A stretch of 15,192 bases of DNA, from positions 1-15,192 of the forward strand of contig CAXRCZ010000010.1 of NCBI GenBank assembly GCA_964229335.1, given 5' to 3'. Source of the DNA: Minisyncoccia bacterium (GTDB lineage Bacteria; Patescibacteriota; Minisyncoccia; Phycocordibacterales; UBA918). The notes under the pieces are model-generated. The model was given only the letters and a program-made list of their open reading frames with translations. It was not told where the DNA came from and did no database searches. The translations under genes and the position numbers were made by a program. Positions 7,104-14,062 of this stretch are shown here, piece by piece; the first letter of the stretch is position 1, and every line of letters begins with the position of its first letter.

Positions 7104-7600
7104 ACTGCGCTTATGCGCGTTTTCTAAATGTGGGTTTCAATATGCATTACTGCATACGCAACCAATACCACCTTTAGAAGATACAACGCACTGAGCAGAG
7201 GTAACGTTCTTTACAAAGTTCCATCAGTTTGAGGGACGCATACAAATAGAGTTTGTATGTTTCATATATATGTATCTATTGCTCCGGTGCGCGGAGGGTA
7301 AACATACGCAACTGCTGACTGACCTGATCCTGCTTGCCCCGCCCCGTTGCGGGCGAAACGCGCCGTCGAATAGACAATGATAGCGTGAGCCCGTAACAAG
7401 CAACGGTGCGGGGCTTTGACTGCCTCACAGACACACCAACCTGATTCGCAGCTAAGCCTCTCTTTATTAAAGAAGTGAGGTTTGGTGATATTACGTAAGC
7501 GACATGATAAATCGTTTACTAATATGAATTAATTCATATTATTAGTTCTTATCAAATTAATGTCCGTACGAGAGTACGGGCATGCGTGGTAATCACGCAA
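7104..7600 (+). ncRNA. Long structured 5' leader or ncRNA upstream of the surface protein gene (family not recognised)
   Basis: About ten consecutive stems with G-U pairs on the + strand (7109-7196, 7218-7237, 7238-7260, 7282-7296, 7336-7414, 7434-7487, 7495-7519, 7520-7541, 7560-7583, 7584-7598); no long ORF. Confidence 0.55.
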
Positions 7601-7620
7601 ACAACAAAAATAATTATTAT

Positions 7621-9597
7621 ATGACGACAATTGCAAAAGACATTGCTGCTAAGCTTTCAGTAGCTGTAGTAGCACTTGCGATGGCTTTCGCTGCATTTGC
7701 ACCAGCTGCATCTGCACAATCAAGCGAAGAGTTGCAAGAAATGATCAACGATTTGCTTGCGCAAATCGCACAACTTGAAGGTACAACTTCAGGTGACATG
7801 GCGTGTGGACACTTCTACACTGACTTGGGCATGGGCTCAACCGGTGCTGATGTGAAAATGCTCCAAGAGTTCCTAAACATGGATCCTGACACTCGCGTGG
7901 CAGCTTCAGGTGTAGGTTCTGCTGGAATGGAAACTGAATACTACGGTGCGCTTACAGCTGCCGCAGTTTCAAAATTCCAAGTGAAGTATCGATCAGAAAT
8001 CCTTACTCCACTATCACTTGTTAATCCAACTGGCTACTTCGGAGCTTCATCACGAGCTGTAGCAAACGACATGTGTGCTGACGGTGACATGGATGATGAC
8101 GAAGACATGGACGAAGACGATGACGATCGAGGAGAACTTTCTGGTGAAGGTGTTCTTGAAGACGTTGAAATCGACGACGACGAAGATCCAGAAGAAGGTG
8201 AAGAAGACGTAGTTGTTATGGTTGTTACGCTTGAAGCTGACGACGGTGACATCGAAGTTGACCGAATGACCTTCACTGCATCCTCAACCGCTGGTTCTGA
8301 AACAGATCCGTGGGATGTATTCGAAACTATCTCTCTATGGGTTGATGGCGACATGGTTGCTGAATTCGACGCAGAAGATGAAGACGAATACCTAGACGAA
8401 GATGATGGTGAATTCCGCTTCTCAAACCTTGAACTTATTGTAGACGAAGGTGACGAAGTAGAAGTAGAAGTAGCTGTTACTGTACAAAACGGTGTTGATG
8501 ACGCTGGAACTGCCGCTTGGGATCTTACCCTTGACGAAATCCGCTACTTTGACGCTGACGGAGTTGCTACTGACGAAGACGGCCCTCTTGGAGACCTAGG
8601 TGAGAATGCTGCAACCGTTAACTTCGATATCGAAGAAGAAGGTGAAGGTGATCAACTAGAAATCAACGCTTCTTCAGAAGACCCAGACTCTACTACATTC
8701 ACTGTAGAAGAAGATGACAAGTCAGAAGAAATGATCTTCGCATTCGAATTGGATGCTGACGGTTCTGATTCAGACATCGAAATTGATGAAATCGTACTTG
8801 AAGTTTCAGGTACAGCTGTTACCGATGGTGGAGCAGCTGATGACAATCTTGAAAACTTTGTAGGAGACTTCTGGATTGAAATCGACGGTGATCGATACGA
8901 CGCTGAAGATTATGATGGTGATGCAAATACTGAAACTCTAAGCTTCGATATCGACGGTGACTTCACTCTTGATATGGACGAAGAGGTAACAGTAATGTTG
9001 TACGCTGAATTCGACGTTGACGATGAATTCACTTCAGCTACTATCACTGCAGAAACTGTTTCTGTAGAAGGTGAAGGAGCTGATGATCTCACTGAAACTA
9101 ACACTATTTCTGGTGAAGAACATGATGTAATCACTGAAGGTATCGTTGTGCCAGCTGATGGTGTCGAAACTGAAACTGATACTTCAGGTGACAACGATGA
9201 TATCGGAGAATTCACAATTGAATTCGAAGTAACTGCGTTTGAAAATGATTTCTACATCACTGACAGCGCTACACTCTCATCAACTTCACCTGCTGTAGAA
9301 CAAGGTGTTCAATTTAGCCTACAAGGACCAACTGCTGGTACTGTAGACGCTACAGTTGACGCTGTACTTACTTCAACTGGTGATGAAGACACTGACGGTG
9401 TGTTCACTATCGAAGAAGGTGAAACTGAAACCTTCACTCTGTCTGTGACTGTTGATACAGACACTACTGGTCAATACCGTGTGGTACTTGATGAAGTATG
9501 GTTCTCAGCAGAAACTAATGGTGAAGACGGAGAAGCTCGATTGCTAACTCCAGCTTCAGACTACCGAACTGGTTACGAAACTATCCAAGCTAGCTAA
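7621..9597 (+). CDS. Secreted, highly acidic cell-surface (S-layer-like) protein with an N-terminal peptidoglycan-binding domain, 658 aa
   Basis: Start moved to ATG 7621 (signal peptide MTTIAK...APAASA|Q). PG_binding_1-like DLGMGSTGADVKMLQEFLN...YYGALTAAAVSKFQ bracketed by two Cys; beta-rich acidic remainder; codon bias suggests high expression. Confidence 0.8.
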   Translation: MTTIAKDIAAKLSVAVVALAMAFAAFAPAASAQSSEELQEMINDLLAQIAQLEGTTSGDMACGHFYTDLGMGSTGADVKMLQEFLNMDPDTRVAASGVGSAGMETEYYGALTAAAVSKFQVKYRSEILTPLSLVNPTGYFGASSRAVANDMCADGDMDDDEDMDEDDDDRGELSGEGVLEDVEIDDDEDPEEGEEDVVVMVVTLEADDGDIEVDRMTFTASSTAGSETDPWDVFETISLWVDGDMVAEFDAEDEDEYLDEDDGEFRFSNLELIVDEGDEVEVEVAVTVQNGVDDAGTAAWDLTLDEIRYFDADGVATDEDGPLGDLGENAATVNFDIEEEGEGDQLEINASSEDPDSTTFTVEEDDKSEEMIFAFELDADGSDSDIEIDEIVLEVSGTAVTDGGAADDNLENFVGDFWIEIDGDRYDAEDYDGDANTETLSFDIDGDFTLDMDEEVTVMLYAEFDVDDEFTSATITAETVSVEGEGADDLTETNTISGEEHDVITEGIVVPADGVETETDTSGDNDDIGEFTIEFEVTAFENDFYITDSATLSSTSPAVEQGVQFSLQGPTAGTVDATVDAVLTSTGDEDTDGVFTIEEGETETFTLSVTVDTDTTGQYRVVLDEVWFSAETNGEDGEARLLTPASDYRTGYETIQAS

Positions 9598-9641
9598 TCT
9601 TGATTAGCCACTAGATAGAACTAGTAATTAGTCTCTAGTAC

Positions 9642-9674
9642 AACAAAAGCCCCGCCTTTGGCGGGGCTTTTGTT
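9642..9674 (+). terminator. Intrinsic terminator of the surface protein gene
   Basis: AACAAAAGCCCCGCC-ttt-GGCGGGGCTTTTGTT. Confidence 0.85.
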
Positions 9675-9681
9675 ATTTTAA

Positions 9682-9718
9682 GAAAAAACGCGGCGACCAA
9701 TGGTCGCCGCGTTTTTTC
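9682..9718. repeat. Palindromic element (copy 1), also terminator-like
   Basis: GAAAAAACGCGGCGACCA-a-TGGTCGCCGCGTTTTTTC, 18-bp arms; core shared with 13883-13923. Confidence 0.7.
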
Positions 9719-9737
9719 ATTTGGTATACTAACAACA

Positions 9738-9833
9738 ATGTTTACCAAAGATTTTTATAAGTTTTTATTTAGTTTTGTAGCGGTCGTCGCTACAGTCTTG
9801 GCGACCATATTGGTCCTCGGATCACTCGGATAA
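9738..9833 (+). CDS. Small single-TM protein, 31 aa (MFTKDFYKFLFSFVAVVATVLATILVLGSLG), probably leaderless
   Basis: Translated by hand. Extended -10 TGgTATACT (9722-9730) ends 7 nt before the ATG; stop is 4 nt before the DUF1360 start. Confidence 0.6.
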   Translation: MFTKDFYKFLFSFVAVVATVLATILVLGSLG

Positions 9834-9837
9834 AATT

Positions 9838-10314
9838 ATGTCTATACGCAATACCAATCAATACTGGTGGAACCTATTTTTTAGCCTGGTTTTTTTAGCG
9901 GCCGTGATTGCTGGAATGGGAATTCTTGCTACCGAGACCTATCGTTCACCATTCACTCTTCGTCTCACTGACTTTGTACTCATCACCTTGGCAAGCTGGC
10001 GGCTGGTGCGGCTGTTTGTCTACGACGCTATTACTAAATTTGTTCGCGAACAATTTATGGATGGGAAAGATGGTGAAGAATTGCACAAGCCAGAGCGCGG
10101 CATGCGCCGCACACTAGCAGATCTTTTTGGTTGCCCATGGTGTATGGGGGTCTGGGTGACAGCGGTGGTGGTATTCTTTTATCTTCTCACGCCATACGCT
10201 ATTATTCCGGTCATCATCTTGGCCCTCTCAGCCGTGGCGACTTTCCTCCAGCTTCTAGCCAATCTGGTTGGCCACAAAGCCGAACAACTAAAAAACCAAA
10301 ACATAAAACACTAA
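9838..10314 (+). CDS. DUF1360 family membrane protein
   Basis: LASWRLVRLFVYDAITKFVRE and LADLFGCPWCMGVW (CPWC motif) with TM helices. Confidence 0.8.
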   Translation: MSIRNTNQYWWNLFFSLVFLAAVIAGMGILATETYRSPFTLRLTDFVLITLASWRLVRLFVYDAITKFVREQFMDGKDGEELHKPERGMRRTLADLFGCPWCMGVWVTAVVVFFYLLTPYAIIPVIILALSAVATFLQLLANLVGHKAEQLKNQNIKH

Positions 10315-10328
10315 CACCAGAAAACCAG

Positions 10329-10369
10329 CAAAGGGCCACCCTTCGCCGATGGCGAAGGGTGGCCCTTTG
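10329..10369. repeat. REPIN-like inverted doublet upstream of the RAYT
   Basis: CAAAGGGCCACCCTTCGCC-gat-GGCGAAGGGTGGCCCTTTG; each arm itself contains AAGGG-N3-CCCTT. Confidence 0.75.
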
Positions 10370-10382
10370 TTACAATGTAAAT

Positions 10383-11051
10383 ATGAGCACTCGTTCTTTT
10401 AGTTTTGCAAATGGTGAGTTTTACCACGTATACAACAGAGGAGTTGATAAGCGTACAATTTATAAAACTCCGAAAGATCATTACAGATTTTTGGAAAGAA
10501 TGTATTTAGCAAACGGTACAAAACGAATAGATATTAGATCTATCAAAAGAAACGCTACTAATCTATACGAATGGGACAGAGGAGAACAGTTAGTAGCAAT
10601 CGGAGCATATTGTCTTATGCCAAACCATTTTCATATTTTACTCACGCCACTAATGGAGGGAGGCGTGGCCACGTTTATGAATAAGCTCGCCACCAGTTAT
10701 TCAATGTATTTCAACAAGCATTATGAACGAACCGGCACGTTGTTTGAGGGAAAATTCAAAGCTCAATGGGCTGACACAGATCAGTACTTGAAGTATTTGT
10801 ATGCCTATATCCATCTTAATCCAGTAAAATTAATTCAAAGTGATTGGAGAAAAGCCGGTATAGAGAATATGCAAGAAGCATTTTTATTCTGCGGTCGGTA
10901 TGAGTACTCAAGTTTAGCTCATTATTTAGGTGCACAATTCGGTAATCCGATTCTCTCACCTTCCTATTTTCCTGAATATTTTAGATCTCCTACAACTCAT
11001 AAGGAAGAATTGCTCGAATGGCTTTCATTTACAAAGGGCGACCCTTTGTAA
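10383..11051 (+). mobile_element. REP-associated tyrosine transposase (RAYT, Y1_Tnp/IS200-like HUH), 222 aa
   Basis: FYHVYNRGVDK; HUH motif in YCLMPNHFHILL; RTGTLFEGKFK; catalytic YIHLNP; YSS. Start ATG 10383 is 6 nt after TGtTACAAT. Confidence 0.88.
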
Positions 11052-11052
11052 A
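11028..11052. repeat. REP-like hairpin overlapping the RAYT stop codon
   Basis: TTTACAAAGGG-cga-CCCTTTGTAAA; same core as the upstream doublet. Confidence 0.75.
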
Positions 11053-11095
11053 GGGAGACTTTACTTTTGTGGCGGTTTTGCTAGAGTATCAACCA

Positions 11096-11223
11096 TCAGG
11101 CTCATGACAGTCGGTCTAGCTTCGTAAAGGAAGCTGGTCAAAGAACCGCTTGGTTCGCCGGCCGAGGTCGTACTCTTTTTATACAGTACGTGGTCGAGCT
11201 CTCACAACTCTTTGTGAGTCTGA
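11096..11223 (+). promoter_or_regulatory. Ribosomal protein L10 leader (autoregulatory RNA)
   Basis: GACAGTCGG...AAA...CCGGCCGAGG matches the L10-leader core; closing stem TCAGGCTCAT/GTGAGTCTGA; promoter TTTACT-16-TAGAGT (with extended -10 TG) at 11060-11087; directly upstream of rplJ. Confidence 0.75.
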
Positions 11224-11247
11224 TATTATCCATTGATTTTATCGATC

Positions 11248-11733
11248 ATGGCAATTACAAAAACAAAAAAAGAAGAAATTCTAACCAAGCTAGAGGGTGT
11301 AAGAAATGACTCAGACAGTATTGTCTTTGTTAAGTTCAACGGTCTTGGCGTAGCTGACTCAACCGCTATGCGCGAAGCGCTAAAGAGCGAAGGCGTTGGC
11401 TATTTTGTAGCTAAAAAGACCCTAATGAAGCGAGCCTTTGGCGACGCCTTCGAAGGGTCTATGCCTGAGCTAGAAGGTGAGATTGCAGTGGCATACAGTG
11501 CCGACGCGATTGCACCAGCCCAACAGATCAAAGAATTCACCAAAAAGCACAAAGACAACCTATCGATTGCTGGGGGAGTGTTCCAAGGAGTATACAAAGA
11601 TGCAGTCGAAATGACTGAAATCGCTTCTATTCCACCACTACCAGTACTACGCGGTATGTTTGTTAATGTTATCAACTCTCCAATCCAAGGTCTCGTACTA
11701 GGCTTGAATGCCATAGCTGAGAAGAAAGCCTAA
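11248..11733 (+). CDS. rplJ: 50S ribosomal protein uL10
   Basis: MAITKTKKEEIL; FNGLGVADSTAMREAL; YFVAKKTLMKRA; ASIPPLPVLRGMFVNVINSPI; start set to ATG 11248. Confidence 0.95.
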   Translation: MAITKTKKEEILTKLEGVRNDSDSIVFVKFNGLGVADSTAMREALKSEGVGYFVAKKTLMKRAFGDAFEGSMPELEGEIAVAYSADAIAPAQQIKEFTKKHKDNLSIAGGVFQGVYKDAVEMTEIASIPPLPVLRGMFVNVINSPIQGLVLGLNAIAEKKA

Positions 11734-11765
11734 CTTTCTAAGGATTGGATAATCAAATCATTAAA

Positions 11766-12296
11766 ATGAGTGACGAAAAAGAAACTAAAGATGTAGCAGC
11801 CGAAGAAACTACCGAAGAAACTACCGCTGAAGCTGCGGCTCCAGCGGAAGAAACTCCTGCTGAAGAAACCAAAGAAGAAGCTACTGAAGAACCGGCGGCT
11901 GAATCTGATGTTGATGAATCAGTAGAAGTACCAGAAGAATTCAAAGCTCTAGTAGAACAAGTAGAGAAAATGACTGTGCTTGAACTACACGAGCTCGTGA
12001 AGGTGCTCGAAAAGCGCTTTGGTGTATCAGCTTCAGCAGTAGCTGTGGCTGGACCAGCTGCAGACGGTGCAGCTGCTGAAGAGCAATCAGAATTTGCTGT
12101 CGAACTAGCCGATGCTGGTGGACAGAAGATTGCCGTCATCAAGGCTGTTAAAGAAGTTCTTGGTCTTGGACTCAAGGAAGCCAAGGATGCAGTAGATGGT
12201 GCTCCACAAGTATTGAAAGAAGGAATGAAGAAGGAAGACGCTGAAGCTTTCAAAGCGAAGTTAGAGGAAGCTGGGGCGACTGTAAATCTTAAGTAA
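11766..12296 (+). CDS. rplL: 50S ribosomal protein bL12 (L7/L12) with an acidic N-terminal extension
   Basis: [21 protein letters not shown]; [27 protein letters not shown]; [14 protein letters not shown]. Confidence 0.96.
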   Translation: MSDEKETKDVAAEETTEETTAEAAAPAEETPAEETKEEATEEPAAESDVDESVEVPEEFKALVEQVEKMTVLELHELVKVLEKRFGVSASAVAVAGPAADGAAAEEQSEFAVELADAGGQKIAVIKAVKEVLGLGLKEAKDAVDGAPQVLKEGMKKEDAEAFKAKLEEAGATVNLK

Positions 12297-12318
12297 TTTC
12301 TTACTAAGAAATCTATCT

Positions 12319-12348
12319 AGGAAAAGCAGGCGATAGCCTGCTTTTCCT
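12319..12348 (+). terminator. Terminator of rplJL
   Basis: AGGAAAAGCAGGC-gata-GCCTGCTTTTCCT. Confidence 0.8.
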
Positions 12349-12434
12349 GTATATGCACAGTGATGTGGTCAAATCAAAAGTTGTACAAATTTTGTAGTAT
12401 ACTGTAAGTAGATATTAATAGATAAGAAAATTCT

Positions 12435-13115
12435 ATGGATAGAAGTAGAGATATTTATGAATCACTACAGTTTTCTTTTCAGGAACTGTGGACTGACGTA
12501 ATTGGATTTATTCCAGAACTGGTAGTAGCAATCCTCATCGTCGTTCTAGGTTGGATTTTGGGAGACATTCTCAAGTCAATCACTGAAAAACTATTTACTA
12601 AACTCAAGCTTACCGCCGCTTTAGATCACGCCGGAGTAGACACGCTAAGTGCTCGCGCTGGCTATCGCTTCAAGCCAGCCAAGTTTGTTGGTTCGCTGAT
12701 CAAATGGTTTATCATCGCAGTATTTGTGGTGGTTGCACTCGATGTGCTTGGTCTCAATGAAGTGACCGCATTCTTCACGGTAGAGATTTTGACCTACATT
12801 CCACGAGTGATTGTGGCGGCTCTTATCTTGCTAGGAGCAATGGTGGTCGCTGACTTGGTATCAGCTAGTGTAGCCGGCACCGCTCGCGCAGCTGGTTTTG
12901 CTAGCACGGCTGATTTGATTGCGCGCTTTACCAAGTACGCCATCTTGCTGTTTGCTGCCTTAGCTGCACTTAACCAACTACAGATTGCTACCGAGCTTGT
13001 GCAACTATTGTTTGCTGGATTCGTGTTCGCTGCTTCGCTGGCTTTTGGACTAGCCTTTGGTCTCGGTGGACGAGACACGGCTGCGCGCTATCTGGACAAG
13101 CTCACTAAGCACTAA
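12435..13115 (+). CDS. TM-helix-repeat membrane protein (CmpX / MscS-associated TM domain)
   Basis: Repeats FIPELVVAILIVVLGWILG and YIPRVIVAALILLGAMVVA; C-terminal LAFGLAFGLGGRDTAARYL. Confidence 0.75.
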   Translation: MDRSRDIYESLQFSFQELWTDVIGFIPELVVAILIVVLGWILGDILKSITEKLFTKLKLTAALDHAGVDTLSARAGYRFKPAKFVGSLIKWFIIAVFVVVALDVLGLNEVTAFFTVEILTYIPRVIVAALILLGAMVVADLVSASVAGTARAAGFASTADLIARFTKYAILLFAALAALNQLQIATELVQLLFAGFVFAASLAFGLAFGLGGRDTAARYLDKLTKH

Positions 13116-13134
13116 GTTCTCAATTATATTGATG

Positions 13135-13170
13135 AATTAAAACCGCGGCCCTGGGTTCGCGGTTTTAATT
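13135..13170. terminator. Intrinsic terminator
   Basis: AATTAAAACCGCGG...TCGCGGTTTTAATT. Confidence 0.7.
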
Positions 13171-13249
13171 TCGATAAATAAGAAATAACCCGCTTTTACT
13201 GTCCAGAGCCCTGCTGAGCCTGAACATGATATAATCGCCATATAACGAT

Positions 13250-13885
13250 ATGTCTGACCCGCTTGCCATTCTGTTTGGAAGTACTTCTCGCGTAAAGCTG
13301 CTTCGCTTTTTCCTGTTTAATCCCTCTAAGGAATTCACCTTTGATGATATTAGTCGGCGTGCACGATTGGTGCGGCGAACAGCCCGTGCCGAAATTAACG
13401 CACTCAAAAAAGCGCAAGTGATTCGTGAAAAAAATATTTATGTCGATTCTCCTAATAGTAATAGGAAGCTAAAAACTCTGGCTTTTACGCTCAACAAATC
13501 ATTTCCTGAACTCCAGGCTTTGCAGACGTTCTTGTTTGAGACAGCACCGATTGATGGCAAGAATCTCCTTAAGCATTTACGCCAAGCTGGTGTACTTGAT
13601 TTTGTTGGGGTATCAGGAGTATTTGTGCGAGATTTTGAACAACGTATCGATGTGCTTCTAGCGATGAAAAAGTTCTCCCAAGCCAAGGTAGAAAAAGCCA
13701 TTCGCTCACTCGAAGCAGAAGTAGGAATCGAAATTCGTTTTGCCGCGATGTCATCTGAAGATTTGCTGTATCGAGTAGGAATGTATGACAAGCTGACCCG
13801 TGATTTCTTTGACTACAATCATCAGGTACTCGTCGATAAGATAGGAGTAAAAGATGAGGTGACTAGTGCTACCTATCGGATGTAA
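13250..13885 (+). CDS. Winged-HTH protein with a degenerate nucleotidyltransferase-like C-terminal domain
   Basis: N-terminus LFGSTSRVKLLRFFLFNPSKEFTFDDISRR (ArsR-like wHTH); C-terminus SGVFVRDFEQRIDVLLA; promoter TGaTATAAT at 13227-13235. Confidence 0.7.
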   Translation: MSDPLAILFGSTSRVKLLRFFLFNPSKEFTFDDISRRARLVRRTARAEINALKKAQVIREKNIYVDSPNSNRKLKTLAFTLNKSFPELQALQTFLFETAPIDGKNLLKHLRQAGVLDFVGVSGVFVRDFEQRIDVLLAMKKFSQAKVEKAIRSLEAEVGIEIRFAAMSSEDLLYRVGMYDKLTRDFFDYNHQVLVDKIGVKDEVTSATYRM

Positions 13886-13923
13886 TAAAAGAGCGGCGAC
13901 CAGTGGTCGCCGCTCTTTTATTA
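13883..13923. terminator. Palindromic element (copy 2), bidirectional terminator
   Basis: TAATAAAAGAGCGGCGACCA-g-TGGTCGCCGCTCTTTTATTA, 20-bp arms beginning at the stop codon. Confidence 0.75.
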
Positions 13924-14029
13924 TGGATTACTATAGCAACTTGGCGTTCTCGGCCGCTGCTCATTGGCCGTGAGGATAAAGTGGGTATAGCCTGTGGAAA
14001 TAGTGGTAGACAAATCATTGGTTAGAGGG

Positions 14030-14057
14030 TTGACTTATTTTTTGATTTCTATAGAAT
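14030..14057 (+). promoter_or_regulatory. rRNA promoter
   Basis: TTGACT (14030-14035), 16-bp spacer (typical of rrn promoters), TAGAAT (14052-14057). Confidence 0.7.
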
Positions 14058-14062
14058 AGCCA

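Noticed and set aside
7104-7600. Identity as RNase P RNA, tmRNA, SRP RNA, a c-di-GMP/c-di-AMP riboswitch or T-box
   Set aside because: Hallmark motifs (e.g. GAGGAAAGTCC, tRNA-like ends, GGCAAA..GAAA, T-box GGTGGNACC) were not found by eye; an Rfam scan is still needed
7582-7620. Upstream ATG start for the surface protein
   Set aside because: It lies within leader hairpins; ATG 7621 gives a normal signal peptide after an A-rich initiation region
10131-10382. N-terminal extension of the transposase ORF
   Set aside because: It overlaps DUF1360 and the REP doublet; homology and a promoter point to ATG 10383
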